Below are positions 34,787 to 47,774 of a stretch of 64,000 bases of DNA, piece by piece (positions within the stretch are counted from its first letter, which is position 1; every line of letters starts with the position of its first letter). The notes under the pieces are model-generated. The model ran no database searches. It was not told the DNA's origin and saw only the letters and a program-made list of their open reading frames with translations. The translations under genes and the position numbers were made by a program. This DNA is from Eledone cirrhosa (Eukaryota). The stretch is from positions 313,720,001 through 313,784,000 of the forward strand of contig OZ024740.1 in assembly GCA_964016885.1 (NCBI GenBank), in the 5' to 3' direction.

Positions 34787-37700
34787 ATGACCTCACTCAG
34801 AATAGGCAGCATAAATGCGCGTGGCTTGGGGTCGTCATGGAAGCAGGGTCACCTGCTCAACGACCTTAGGTCACTAAACATAGATGTAGTGGCCATCAGT
34901 GAGACCAGAATCTCCGAAGCACGGGCCTTCGCACCGATCTTCGGCGCCTACGATGTGTACGCATCTCCCAGCCGTCCTGGATCGGGTGGATGAGTTGCTG
35001 TGCTTTTTCGGAGAGGTTTGGATCTCGCCATACGGGCCATCTTCCTGGACCCAGAGGGTAAGTTGGTGGTGCTGGACGTGACCAGCGGAGACGGGCAAGC
35101 TTTCAGGCTAGTGGCCGTCTATGCCCCGACAGGAGCAGGGCGGCCTGATTTCTTCCGGCGTCTGGAGACCTTTCTTGGAACGTCCCGCTCTGTAGTGTTA
35201 GTGGGCGACTGGAACGGGATCTTAGATGTTTTGAACTGTCTGACAGGTACCGATTGGATTTCCCGAATGTGCCAATGTGGACTAGGACAAATCGCATAGG
35301 GTCATCCAGATCATATCTAGATAGAGTATTTTCTAGGGAAATAGATATGTTTAGCATAGGCTGTCCACAATTCAAGATAGTCAGCTACACGGACCACAAA
35401 TTCGTGATCTGTGTGCTTGACTTAGATAGGCTTCATAGACGAGGACCCGGCTACTGGAAGCTAAACGCGTCCTTACCAGCGCGCAAGGTTTACAGAGACC
35501 GGATTAGCGAACTAGTTAAGCGGGCATTGACGGGGGCCATCGTCAACAACAAGTGGTGGTTTGCTCTGAAAAGAGCGATTAGAATAGAATCCATTAGGTT
35601 TAGTAAGGCTTTAGCAATAGAGAAAAATAGAGCAGAGGGAGAATTAGTTAGAAAATTAGACGAGGCGCTTAGCAAAAGCATTGCGACCGACGTGCTTGCG
35701 GCGAAATTGGCCCTTGACCAATTCTTCAATGCAAAGCACGAAGGCTGCGTTGTCAGAGCTAGGGTGCGTGCTCTCAGACACGAGGGGACGAAAGCCGTTC
35801 AATGGGCCCGAGTGGCGGAGGCGCGTCGTGGCAACAAAGCCACGATCCGGTCTTTGGCGGACCACGACGGGCGCATGCTACTCGATCCCGGGCAAATGTG
35901 TGAAGCTTTTCAGCGACACTTCACTCAGCTGTTCGGGGGCAGAGGTGGGCCGGGTCGAGGGATGGACTTTAGTGTCTACCTCGACGGACTGCCGCGGCTC
36001 TCGGCCACTGAGGCGGAGTGTTGCGAAAGGCCGATAACAGCCGCTGAAGTAAGGGAGGGAATGACTGGCTGCACAAGGGGTAAATCGCCTGGTTTGGATG
36101 GTCTGCCCTATGAACTTTACGTACAGATGCCAGACTTGTTCGGAAGCCTCTTGGCGGACGTCTACTGCAACTGGCAACAGAACGGGAGAATTCCCAGTTC
36201 TGTGAGCCGAGGAGCGGTGGCACTGCTGAGAAAGGATCCGAACAAAGGGGATAACAGATAATTTCAGGCCCATAACTCTGCTAAACACAGAGTTCAAGAT
36301 TTTGGCCAAGGTGCTAGCAAATAGGTTGGCGCTTGTCGTTGGTGGTCTGGTGGGAGAGGCGCAGAAATGCGCCATTCCCGACAGATCCATCCACGACAAC
36401 CTCCACCTCATGCGATACATCGTAGAGAGGGTAACTAGGGAACATGGCACGGGTGGGTCCTTGATCAATTTAGATCAGTCGAAAGCTTTCGATAGGGTCG
36501 ACCATCGTTACCTAGCGGCAGTCCTGAGAGCGGCTGGCTTTGGGCCCGTCTTCAGAGGCTGGATCGCTGCCATGCACAGCGACATCTGCTCTGTGGTGAG
36601 AGTGAACGGTCACCTTTCGGAACCGTTCAACATCATGCGCTCGGTCCGCCAAGGATGTCCCCTCTCGTCCCTCTTGTGCGTATTGACTCTCGAGCCATTA
36701 CTGCACAAACTGGAGACGTTGAGGGGCGTCCCGCGCGAACTAGGATGCGGAAGATCCGTGTCAGCATATGCCGACGATGTCACCGTAGTGGTGTCGAACG
36801 CCAAAAACATCGAGGCGATCGGCACTACACTAAGAGAATACGAAGCGGTGACAGGAGCAATGATCAACCAGTAAAAATCAGTGGGCCTGCAGCTCGGCAC
36901 CTGGAGAGGCAGGTCCATGCCGTCCAACAGCGTCGTCGGACGCTGGACGGACGGACCGGTTAAATTTCTAGGGGTCTGGTTCGGTCCGGACCTCCAGACG
37001 GACAAAAACTGGGACGAGGTGACGAGCAGGGTGGCTTCTCTCACCCAGAAATGGGTGGAGAGGAAGCTATACCTGAAAGGTCGAGCGGAGGTGGCTAACG
37101 CGTACATCGCGTCTGTCATCTGCTACCGCCTGACCGTCGTACCTTGTCCTAAGCCCCGCCAGACTGCGCTGGAGCGTTTGCTCTTTCGCTTTTTGTGGAA
37201 GGGACGCGCTCCGATGGTTAGGCGGTCCGTCTGCTGTCAACACCCGCTACGTGGAGGGCTGGGAATGCCGTGGCTGATGATGCGCAGACACGCGCTCAGG
37301 CTACGACATCTCCACCTCTTCCTCGACGGTGATCAGGTGTGGTCGCCGTTTGCTAGACACGTATTTCCCCAGCTCGTTTCCTTGACGGAGCTGCAGTCCT
37401 GGGTCAAGCGAAGACCGAGAGGGAGCGCCTGGAGACTGGAATGTCTTCAGGCGCTCACAGCCCTCGACCAATCGGGCAATGTGATCGGTGGAAACTCCAT
37501 CTCGGCGTTCTATAGAGGATTAGTGGAGGGGAAGAGCAACGACGTACTTGGGGAAACTCTAGGCGTCGACGAAAATCAACTAGCCAATCTCTTCGGAAGA
37601 ACTTTCGGGCCGGGACCTATGGACAACTTCCAGAAATCTCTGGCCTGGCAGTGCTACCGAGGAGCCTTGCCAGTTCGGGATAAACTCTACAGGCATGGAG

Positions 37701-38134
37701 GTGCCGTCAGGCGGGGATGTCCGAGATGCGCGCAGAGCGACGAAACCGTCCTGCACGCACTCGTCCAGTGTCCGAAAATTGCTGACTTGTGGGTTTATGT
37801 CGAACACCTGCTGTCGCGTGTAGGACGGATCCGGCTATCATCTGAGTCCATCGTGAGGATTGCCCCGCCCGCTTCCTTTAGCCGGGAAGGGCAGGCAGTT
37901 TTTATCTGCCTGGTGGCCATGGCGAAAGAGATAGTATGGTGGACACGTTTGAAAGGGCTGAAGACGAGCACTTGCCTCTTCGATGATGCCCTGATTAACT
38001 TTTTCAAATTTCATTTGAAAAGGAAAATCAGGGTAGAGAGGGAAGTGCTCTCTTCCCAGCACTTTGTTGAAAGATGGGTGAGAGAAGCAAGTATGGCCCG
38101 AATGAATGGGCCTTCTCTGAGTATGTGTCTGTAA
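34787..38134 (+). pseudogene. LINE ORF2 (APE endonuclease + reverse transcriptase + C-terminal cysteine motif), disrupted
   Basis: GSINARGL, SETR, VYAP, GDWN, YLDRV, TDHK, YWKLN, KSPGLDGLP, DQSKAFDRVDH, VRQGCPLS, YADDVT, FLGV and CPRC..ETVLHALVQC. Stops near 34991 and 36872, frameshifts, and an apparent deletion near 35230. Confidence 0.92.
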
Positions 38135-38706
38135 ATTAAAGGTGGAAAACTGGGAGATGGCACTTGCCCTGGTGGTCAGGGTCACTGTGGTCTTTTAATG
38201 GGCTTTCTCCACAAATATCCCTCGGAAGTCTCCCCCCTATTGGGGAATTTTTCTTTGTTATTTTATTACATCCTCTGTTTTTTTTACACACAGAAATGCC
38301 CATTTGTACCGTCCTGTATTGTCCTGTACTGTCCTTAATGTCTACTTTATGTAAACCCTTGTGGTTAATAAAGAAAACATTATTATTATTATTTTTATTA
38401 TTTTTATTATTTTTATTTTTATATTTATTTTAAATTTTGCCGTCTTGTATCGCTTTCAACTTAATAATATTTTTTATTTTTTTATTTGCTTAATCCTTTT
38501 TTTTTTATTTACTTATTTGTATGTGATGGCCTTCTATGATTATTTATTCTTATTTGTGTGTGTGCATATGTATCCTTTTATATGTGAGAACGTATGCATG
38601 TGTGTATATTTGTGTGTGTATGTATGTATGTGTACGTGTATATATATGTATATATATATATGTATATATATATATATACATGTATGCGTGTGCATGTATA
38701 CGTATG

Positions 38707-38805
<99 letters not shown>

Positions 38806-39072
38806 TGGTGTGTTTATGTATGGATATATATATATGTATGTGTGTGTATATGTGTCTCTGTGTGTATATATATGTGTATATATGCGTGTATATATGTATA
38901 TATATATGTACATGTGTGTATATCTGAGTGTGTGTGTGTATGTGTACGTGTGTGTTGTTATATATTCTCATTTATTATTCTCCCCTCCCCCCTTTTTTTT
39001 CCTCCAGCCTCACTTTCATATCTGTTATATTTTTGTTTTTCAAATCCACTGTCACTAAAGACACCAGGATTT

Positions 39073-39132
39073 TTTCATTCTGATGAATGAAAGCAATTTT
39101 GGTTGCTTTCAAGAAACAACTGGTAAATGAAA
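39073..39132 (+). ncRNA. type-I hammerhead ribozyme (solo, family E)
   Basis: TTTCATT CTGATGA A TGAAAGCAA-TTTTGG-TTGCTTTCA A GAAA CAACTGG TA AATGAAA: perfect 7-bp stem I and 9-bp stem II. Confidence 0.85.
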
Positions 39133-39229
39133 TAATTATCTTATTTTGTTTATTACATAACTAATAAGCTCTGTAACTTACATAGAGCACTCTTTTTTCC
39201 TGGACCTTTCCGACAGAATTACTTCATTC

Positions 39230-39318
<89 letters not shown>

Positions 39319-39324
<6 letters not shown>

Positions 39325-39562
39325 ATAAGAAACGGAGAATCAGTGTTGCGACGAATAAAATTTATTAGACATATTACAATCGTTTTTCTGGAGACCAGCT
39401 CGAGGCACGATCGATGCAATGATCGAACCTGGCTCTGAAATCGCAAGATCCTCAGATACGTCTCGATTTTACGTGCCTCGAGCTGGTCTCCAGACAAACG
39501 ATTGTAATATGTCTAATAAATGTTATTCGTCGCAACACTGATTCTCCGTTTCTTATGTGATA
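39319..39562. mobile_element. inverted-repeat PLE-type remnant (about 90-bp arms) containing a long-stem-II hammerhead on the minus strand (39368-39462)
   Basis: Minus strand: GACGTAT CTGAGGA [~60 nt] GAAAAACGATTG TA ATATGTC. Confidence 0.65.
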
Positions 39563-39582
39563 TTATACTCTTATATGATATT

Positions 39583-39691
<109 letters not shown>

Positions 39692-39727
39692 TATAATATC
39701 ATATAAGAGTATAACATATATATATAT

Positions 39728-40015
39728 AAAACAAGAAGCGTGTGTTAGTCCTCTAAGGAACTGAAAGCATATCAACGAATTAACAAGGTAAAATCTATTC
39801 CGACCTCGTTTTCCTGTTTTTTCTGTTCGAGTTCTAACTGCCTGATGATGTCGTAGCTGTTCAATAATGAATAAACGAAGCTAATTTTAACCTGTTGACT
39901 TACGCTTCTTGTTTTTATATTACTCCGGAGTAAACAGACCTACCTGCGCACATCGTTGAGTGATCTAACCTCCACACTGAAGTGTTGGTAAACAAGCAAC
40001 ACATACTCAAAATTA
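39728..40015 (+). mobile_element. PLE-pLTR-like repeat, homologous to 43285-43518
   Basis: Shared TTCTGTTC.AGTTCTA.CTG.CT.ATGA.GTC.TA.CTGTT.AATAATG...GGAGTAAACAGACC...CTGAAGTGT.GGTAA; short inverted end at 39728-39742. Confidence 0.6.
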
Positions 40016-40029
40016 TATATATAGATATA

Positions 40030-40190
40030 TATAGAAATGGCTTCTGCAGGACTAGAACTGTTTCATTCGAAGGAAATCTTATGAAACAGTTCTAGTTCTG
40101 TAGAAGCCATTTCTATATTAAATATTTATACTCTACTATGTATTGAGTACCTTACTTACTGTGATTACCCCTAATTGAACCCTGGATACA
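40030..40190. repeat. hairpin (about 37-bp arms, 40030-40118) from a dispersed repeat also at 54160-54212 and 59630-59680
   Basis: ATAGAAATGGCTTCT.CAG.ACTAGAACTGTTTCAT and its inverse. Confidence 0.7.
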
Positions 40191-40711
40191 CACACACATA
40201 CACACACACACATATGTATATATATATGTATAAATTAATGAAAATCCACGAACACAATAAATATCAAAAGGAGTTTTTTAAACATAAAAATCATATTTCA
40301 TCCGAGAGTACATTGTATTAATATGCACTAATATCTAATGTCTACTAGTAGTTGATCATTGAAGAATTGGCAACTTGAGATTGTAAAGAGAGGCGGTAAT
40401 ATTTAGAGTTGGTGTGACTGGCACGGTTGGGTTGCGATATTGTAGAATTATCCAGCTTTGTTTACATTGAGCACAGCAGGATTTAATTCATAACGTAAAA
40501 GGTGGAAATATATACTGTGAAACATTCCTTCAGTTTGGTGCTCTGCTGTTTCAATTATTTCAGCAGATGGAGATGATATCAAGCAGAGAAGAGACACATA
40601 TTTGCAAAAGAACTAAAAAGATTCTGTGGCATTCATGATTTTCTCTAAAACATTTCTAGCATAATTGAAGTTGTGTCGTTTCAATGTTTTTCCATTCATA
40701 TATAATATAGA

Positions 40712-40945
40712 AATGGGGGATTGTCCGACCGGTTCCTCTTCGCACCGGTCGTCGTCGAGGCCTTAAACGTACTTGGATCTGGATCTCATACTGCCGAGTT
40801 CCTCCGCAAGATCTGAACATCAACAGCCCGCCTGAGGAAGGAGCCCCGGGAGGTGGGGTGGCTGTTGCAACGGGTGTCGCAGGCCTTTTTCCGCGGAAAT
40901 AGTTTTGCGATCTTGTCCGCAGGGCGCAGCCCAAACACCATCGCA
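40712..40945 (+). mobile_element. CRE-clade C-terminal fragment
   Basis: Plus-strand GLSDRFLFAPVVVEALNVLGSGS..EFLRKI..RLRKEP / EVGWLLQRVSQ..RGNSFAILSAG. Confidence 0.75.
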
Positions 40946-41167
40946 CTCTAAGCCTAGAGCTCATCACACTCCACCTTCCCCCTCCTGTTCTTCTGTTACT
41001 CAAGAGCCCTTGCACTTCCCTTCATTTTCCGTTTTTAAATATCTATATTGTTGTTGTTATTTGAAATAGATTTGTTTACGATTAAAAAATGGTAAGTTGT
41101 ATTTACTGTGTGTAGTGAAACGTGCATTAAAGTAAACATGGGGTTTGTTCTTTACACAAAAAAGTAT

Positions 41168-41352
41168 TTATTAAATATTGACATAAATTGCTTATTAAAT
41201 ATTGATATAAATTGCTCATAAGATATCGACATAAATTGCTTATTTAATATTGATATAAATTGCTTATAAGATATCGACATAAATTGCTTATTTAATATTG
41301 ATATAAATTGCTTATAAGATATCGACATAAATTGCTTATTAAATATTGACAA
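41168..41352. repeat. minisatellite of 24-bp monomers alternating as a 48-bp dimer
   Basis: ATATTGATATAAATTGCTTATAAG alternates with ATATCGACATAAATTGCTTATTTA. Confidence 0.9.
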
Positions 41353-41476
41353 CTTGGTTTGTTGATATAAATTTCCCATATAGAACCTCTATATCGGTTT
41401 ACCTATACTTGTCTGTAGCAGTTGTTTTAATAGTGTATGTTTGTGTGTGGTTTATATATATATCTCAGAGCGATTT

Positions 41477-41525
<49 letters not shown>

Positions 41526-41676
41526 GGGATAGCAAGTTATCGTTATAGGTAATCCAGTTAGAGGTTGTGAGTACTCTGTGACGTGAATAGTTTTAACGTA
41601 CGGCTTTGTTTGACTCAAGATGTTTCCATAGTTAGGTAGCGAGTTCGCGAGAATTCCTATGCAGGTTATATTTGTA

Positions 41677-42016
41677 GTAATAATAATTGTTTCTTATATA
41701 GGCACAAGGCCAGCAATTTTTGGGGAGGGGAAAGTCGATTAAATCAACCCCAGTGCGTGACTGGTACTTTATTTTATCGACTTTATTTTAAGGATGAAAG
41801 GCAAAGTTAACCTCGGCGGGATTTGAACTCAGATCATAAAGGGCCGTAACTCTATGCTGCAATGCGTGGCGTCCGGCCCTCTACCGGTACTGCCAATCCA
41901 CCGCCCTACTTGGAGTAATAATATTTGTTTCTACTTTTGGCACAAGACCAGCAATTACCCAATGCATTACTGGTACTTTATTTATCGACCCCGTAAGGAT
42001 GAAAGGCAAAGTCAAC
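41677..42016 (-). mobile_element. two adjacent tRNA-SINE copies (long variant 41677-41907; truncated short variant 41914-42016)
   Basis: Match to the SINE consensus seen across the window. Confidence 0.85.
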
Positions 42017-42035
42017 TGCGGAGTAATAATAATGA

Positions 42036-43102
42036 AAGATTGAAGAATAACATGGTCGGCTGTTCAACAAGGGGATTTATTTCAAGTATTAACAATTGTT
42101 TCATTGATCAGGTGAGTCTAGAGGCCGCTAATCACTCTAAATTGCGTCACTCGGGTCAAAATTATCGGGAGCAATCGCCTACAACAATGGAATGTCCCAC
42201 TGCGGTCTTTGCAATATGGAGCTATTCCATATTTTAAGGTACGATAAGATGCTGCTTAACAGCAAAATAGAACGATCAATTTTCTGTAGGCACAAAGCAG
42301 CTACCAAGTTCACAAATTTCAAACCACCATGATTCGACCCAGCAATCCCAAAATTCGAACTGAACCACCCGGATTTAACGTACGGAATACATACCACTAC
42401 ACCGCGCTATTAGCTGTCAACTAACTGACTGGTCACTAGATCATAAATCTCCTAACTTTTCTTTCACTCTCTCCCTGAAGCCACATCAACCCTATTAACA
42501 ATCATCAGGCAAAATATTTACCACACACACATATCAAACCCCCTTCACCATCTATCCTTAGCCCTTATGTCTCATGCTAGTATCTCTCACTTAATTTCTA
42601 ATTTATTGTTTTTCTTTTATCTGTCATTTGTTACTACCTCCTATTCTCTACACGTATCTATGTATGTATCGAATATTTCTTTTCATGTTAGTACTACCTC
42701 CACCCCTACATCCCTATACAGACACTTACTCACCACCACCACTGTTATCAACTATCATATTCTGTGCTTATATACTTTTACTTATTTTTTATTTCTTTAT
42801 TTTTTTTATTTTCTTACTTTTTTATTTTCTTACTTTTTACATCTGTAACTTCTTTACTTATTTATCTTTATATTTTATTATTGATGTTATTGTTTAGATT
42901 TTATGCTGTATCTCTATATATTCCATGGCATATATGAGTTCTTTCGTATTCTGAAGATTTCGTATTCTAAACACTGTATTGGAGGTCGAGTGGCGCAACT
43001 TCGAGTGATTAGCGGCCTCTAGACTCACCTGATCAATGAAACAATTGTTAATACTTGAAATAAAGCCCCTTGTTGAACAGCCGACCATGTTATTCTTCAA
43101 TC
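42036..43102 (+). mobile_element. 5'-truncated Penelope-like element with inverted partial pLTR at the 5' junction
   Basis: 42171-42332 encodes AIAYNNGMSHCGLCNMELFHILRYDKMLLNSKIERSIFCRHKAATKFTNFKPP*. 42036-42153 is the inverse of 42987-43102. Confidence 0.85.
42946..43054 (+). ncRNA. hammerhead-like motif with ~80-nt stem-II domain
   Basis: GTATT CTGAAGA [80 nt] GAAA CAATTG TT AATAC; the homologue at ~14503 reads CGAAACAATTGTC. Confidence 0.6.
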
Positions 43103-43116
43103 CTTCACTATATATA

Positions 43117-43177
<61 letters not shown>

Positions 43178-43284
43178 TATATATATATGCCACCAGTTCT
43201 TTGAGAAAACAACACCATACTTCGCGGGACAGGGCATATTAAAGGACCGAAAAGAAGGAGGTAAACTTTGTTCCATCATTATGT

Positions 43285-43518
43285 TTTTCTGTTTTTCCTG
43301 TTCAAGTTCTAGCTGTCTAATGAGGTCATAACTGTTGAATAATGGTTATCACCTAAATATATATATAACAGTGAATATGAATAAACGAAGTTAATTTAAA
43401 CCCGCTGACTAAAACTTCTTGTTTTTAAATTACACTGGAGTAAACAGACCCACCTTCGTTGAGTGCTCTACCCTTCATACTGAAGTGTCGGTAACCATCC
43501 AAACACATACTAAAATTT
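43285..43518 (+). mobile_element. PLE-pLTR-like repeat with degenerate hammerhead (43313-43371)
   Basis: CTGT CTAATGA GGTCATAAC..GTTATCACC TAAA TATA..TA ACAG; two core positions mutated. Confidence 0.55.
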
Positions 43519-43672
43519 ATATATATATATATATATACATATTCATATTCATATTTATACCTATGTATTGGTATATAACTATGCTATATCCTCCTCCTCT
43601 GATATATATATATATAACATACACACACTCACATATACACTAACTCACACATTCACACGCACAACCAGACAG

Positions 43673-43719
<47 letters not shown>

Positions 43720-43739
43720 AGAAAGAGAGAGAGATCTTT

Positions 43740-44205
43740 CTTTATTTGCCAAAGGGGCGTACAAGAAATGGAGCATTACAAGACATGACGCCGGGAGTTT
43801 TACATATAAACTTTAACGTTAAAAATATCTCTATAATAAAAAAAATTAAGAATCGAAATACCCAATAGGAGCGAAAGTTACTGCGCCGCCGTTGTTTTAC
43901 ACCTCGTAGATAGAACAACCCTCAACACCAGGAACACGTTTTGTAGGTGTTCTCCTCTTCCCCCATTTTATCCTCCTCAACCTACAGGTTTATATAAATA
44001 GAAGGCCCATTCCCTCGGGCCATTTTCGCCACATTCACCCACCTTTCGGCGAATGTACTGGGGTGTAGCAGCCCCCCCCCTCTCTCTCTCTCGATTTTTC
44101 ACCTTCCTTCTGAAGTGGTATTTAAAGGAGATGATTTGTTGTCCGGAGAGGAAGGTGTTTGCCCTCAGACTTTTCAACATTGTCCACCTCTTTCGCCATA
44201 GTCAG
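43740..44205 (-). mobile_element. diverged Tx1/L1-clade 3' fragment
   Basis: LKSLRANTFLSGQQIISFKYHFRRKVK.ERE...; homologous to the ORF2 end. Confidence 0.7.
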
Positions 44206-44214
44206 AGTAAAACC

Positions 44215-44248
<34 letters not shown>

Positions 44249-45169
44249 ACAGGTAGATAAACAGATAGATGTATTTCTTGCTGTTATTGGTATTTGATTG
44301 TCATGTCTGATTGCAAATTGAAAAAAATGCACTTACAGATATTGTTTGTTTTCAGTTCAGAAGACAAATATTCTTAAATTAGAATATTTAATCTGTGGTG
44401 TTTGTTTCAGAGACGCATATTTTTAGAAATGCACAGACCTGAAGAGATATGACCAATGACAGTATTGTAATATAAGAATTTATTATTCAAACTAACCGGA
44501 TCCAGAAGTCTTCCGTGCAGAGAAATATTCCAAACTGTTGTTTCGACAGAAAAGTATCTTCCGACAAGCAAGATGAAAACTGAATAATAATTTAAGGCAA
44601 AGCTATTAACTGATCATGTAATCGCTTTGTCTCGGGTTGCATTTCGGAAAATTTACGAATGGACATCATATGGAAGCTTCTTGCCGAGGCAAACTGACTG
44701 AAAATGATTGCCTGTTTACTGATAGAGTATATTGATTGAAGAATAATAATGAGAAATATAAAGAGAATGATAAGGTGGAGGAAAGTGCAAAGATTACTTT
44801 TGTTCGAGTTGGTTACCTTCTGAAGTATACTGATATTGATATTAATCAGACTGGTTGAGTAGAGTTTAAGTCATTTAATCCACCATTATGATTTGCGAAC
44901 AGAAAATGACCATTGTACAGATTCATGCAAAGAAAGATTAACAGACTAATCTCCAGAGAGAAAGAATTAATTTTTCTGTAGAATATTATATCAGTTAGAA
45001 TTACTTTCTGTAATACTTTGGTTTTTGTTTGTCAGTTTTTAGAAAGAATATTGCTTTCGGTTCGTCTATTGAATGGGTAGGGTTGTGTTTCTCAACTCTC
45101 GCATCACAATTGTCTTTTGGGATCCCAGAGCATCTGGGGTTATGAAACAACCAATTATTTGTATGATAA

Positions 45170-46028
45170 TTTCCAACATAGGCCAGAAATTTGGAGGGAG
45201 ATGTCAATTTTTGACTAGTACTTAATTTTATCGACACCGGGAGGATGAAGAGCAAAGTTGACCACAGGGTGAAAGAAATCATTATAGATCAAAGTTTGGT
45301 GAACACTGGTGGAGAATTTTATATAGTTAGAGTAACATTTCGAATTGAGGTTGAGACATTTTTTTAAACAAAAACCGATAAGGAAGCTTATGCATCCTCG
45401 CTCGATTTGCTTATACAATCAAATATACCCCATTTCATACTCTACCGCATCTAAAAAAAGGGACGGTCGGGATGGATATTATAGTCCTAGTTATGTATGT
45501 ATGTATGTATGGAGTCGCAAACTTCCTATGGAGTCATAGTGGCGTTTCTTGATTTCTTCCAAAGAAGGATACAGAAAGTGAAAAACAGATATAGAAGAAG
45601 AATCGACTCCAATATTAGACTGGTACGATTTTTATCAACCTTGAATGTATGATAGGCAAAGTTGACCTAGGCGGTATTAGAACTCAGAGAGCCAGAACGA
45701 ATACCACAAACATTCTATCAGTCGTTCTAACGATTCTATCAATTTGCTGCCTAGTCGTAGTTATAATATGAAAAAAAAAATAAGAACGGGACAGTCGAGG
45801 CTGAAATATTATTATTATTATTATTACGTCGAGGGCGGTGGATTGGCAGTATCGGTAGAGGGTCGGACGCCATGCTTTGCAGCAAAGAGTCACGGCCCTT
45901 TACGGTCAGAGTTCAAATCCCGTCGAGGTTAACTTTTGCCTTTCATCCTTACGGGGTCGATAAAATAAAGTACCAGTTATACACTGGGTATTTGCTGGCT
46001 TTGTGCCAAAAGTAGAAACAATTATTAT
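45170..46028. mobile_element. three tRNA-SINE copies (45170-45275 minus, 45600-45760 minus, 45832-46028 plus)
   Basis: Consensus match; the last copy is full-length and is preceded by (ATT)n. Confidence 0.8.
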
Positions 46029-46647
46029 CACGTCTTTTGGTTACTTGTCGATCAACAACAATAAAATAAATCCGAAAATTCGAAAGTTAGTTTCTTTACA
46101 GTGGCGCCCAACATACTAGAAATAGCAGTCATATCTTCCCCAAAACACACAGAACCGTCTTAGAAAAGCAAAAACGCATTGGATAATATAATAAACATGG
46201 AGTGAATGCCTTGGTCTGTTCTATGACATCTAGCCTGGTGAAAAAGAACAGTAGCAGTATCAACAATTGGAACTAATAGAATGATACGGTGGAACAAGGT
46301 TTTGAGAGATATTTTCATATTAATTTGATCCGAAGGTTTAAAAATATTCCATAACTGGTTCGTAAATGTTTATATGTAGTGAAATTAGTGCTAAGCTCCA
46401 GGAAAACAATGTTTTTGGTTTCAATTCCTTGTTGGAACAATTCACTTCACTCATTCCTCGTATTTTTATTTCTACTTGAGATATTTGACACGTCTTCGTT
46501 ACATTATTTGTACTCTGGCACAATCAACACCAATGCATGTATGTATGTATATATATATATGTATGTATGAATATATGTATGTGAGTGTATGTATGTACTA
46601 AGTATGTATGTATGTATATGAATATAAATGTATGTATGTATGTATGT

Positions 46648-47190
46648 GAAAGCATAGCTGCTGATCGTAATAAATGGAGAAAGATTGTATATGAGGGGAA
46701 AGTTGCTTTTGAAGCATCTCGAATCGCATACGAGAAAGTAAAAAGGGATGTGAGGAAAGGCATTGCTGTTACATTTCCAGACAGCAAAGGTCCTCCTATG
46801 GCGCTGACATGCAGCATCTCTGCAAGACTCTGCCTCAGCAAAGCTGGCCTCGAAAGTCATCTTCGCGGTCATAAAGTGAGACCAGTGGTTGACTACCAGG
46901 CTGCTGTCGGAGATACTCCTTATCATACCTGTCAGGCACGCGGAAAAGAGTGTAGATCAGCAGGAGGGCTCAAACGACAAGCAAAAGTACATGAAGTCCA
47001 ACCACAGCCGACTATTGCCAGTGAATATTTTGGTTGCTAACTCTGTGCAAGACATTTTAGATCATTAGCTGGGCTAAAGAGCTACAGTCGATCGCAGAAC
47101 CGTTAATTATTAATATATATGTGGGTTTTTTTTATCGTGCAATGGCCATACCCGATAACGAGGGGCAGCCATCATGTATGTATGTATGTT
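46648..47190 (+). mobile_element. RTE (BovB-like) 3' fragment with complete 3'UTR and (ATGT)n tail
   Basis: IAADRNKWRKIVYEGKVAFEASRIAYEKVKRDVRKG and finger motifs; same family as 7046-7806. Confidence 0.9.
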
Positions 47191-47774
47191 TCTTTTTCTC
47201 TTAATCTAGAATACATTGTTAACCGGTATGTATATGTGAGTGTGTAATTGCTGCCTTTCTATCTTTCTCTTTATTATTTTATATAATTATTTTCCTCACG
47301 TGGCCCTTTACTTATTTTATCAATTTGTCTAGCTTCTTTTCTGTCTCTAATTATTTCTTTTCTTTACTGTGTCCCTATTATACAAATGCAAACATTCATT
47401 TAAACACTTGTTTACATATATAATTCTACACTCTAACCAAATTACACACATATGCACCCATTTTGACCTGCGGTCATAAGAAATTAAAAATGGAACTAAT
47501 TTCAAAATTTTAATAGAACACAGTGAATTTCACAGAAAAAATATTGACATCTTTTTTAAATGTAAATAAAATTCCTTTAACTGGTACCATCTATAAATTT
47601 TAATTAAACTCTAATTTTATAAATGGTTGGCCTGAATTTTACAAATTTACACAGCTAAATTTCCTACTAGAAAAGAGCCAGTGTTAGCGTTATTTATTCA
47701 AACGAAAATATCTCAGCTACAATTTTTATGAACCCAGTGAAATCTTTATTTTGTTGTGCAAAAAGTTGGGTCTT

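Larger units (their letters stand above)
32402..38390 (+). mobile_element. near full-length Tx1/L1-clade LINE
   Basis: 5'UTR, ORF1, ORF2 and a 3'UTR with AATAAA and an (ATT)n tail. Confidence 0.92.

Noticed and set aside
40656-41015. 119-aa minus-strand ORF as a host exon
   Set aside because: It is the antisense shadow of a CRE fragment on the plus strand.
44345-44760. Possible host exons after TTTTCAG/GTTTCAG acceptors
   Set aside because: No sustained reading frame or recognisable protein; cannot be supported without RNA data.
45832-45925. tRNA gene (A/B boxes)
   Set aside because: It is the tRNA-derived head of a SINE; no complete cloverleaf.
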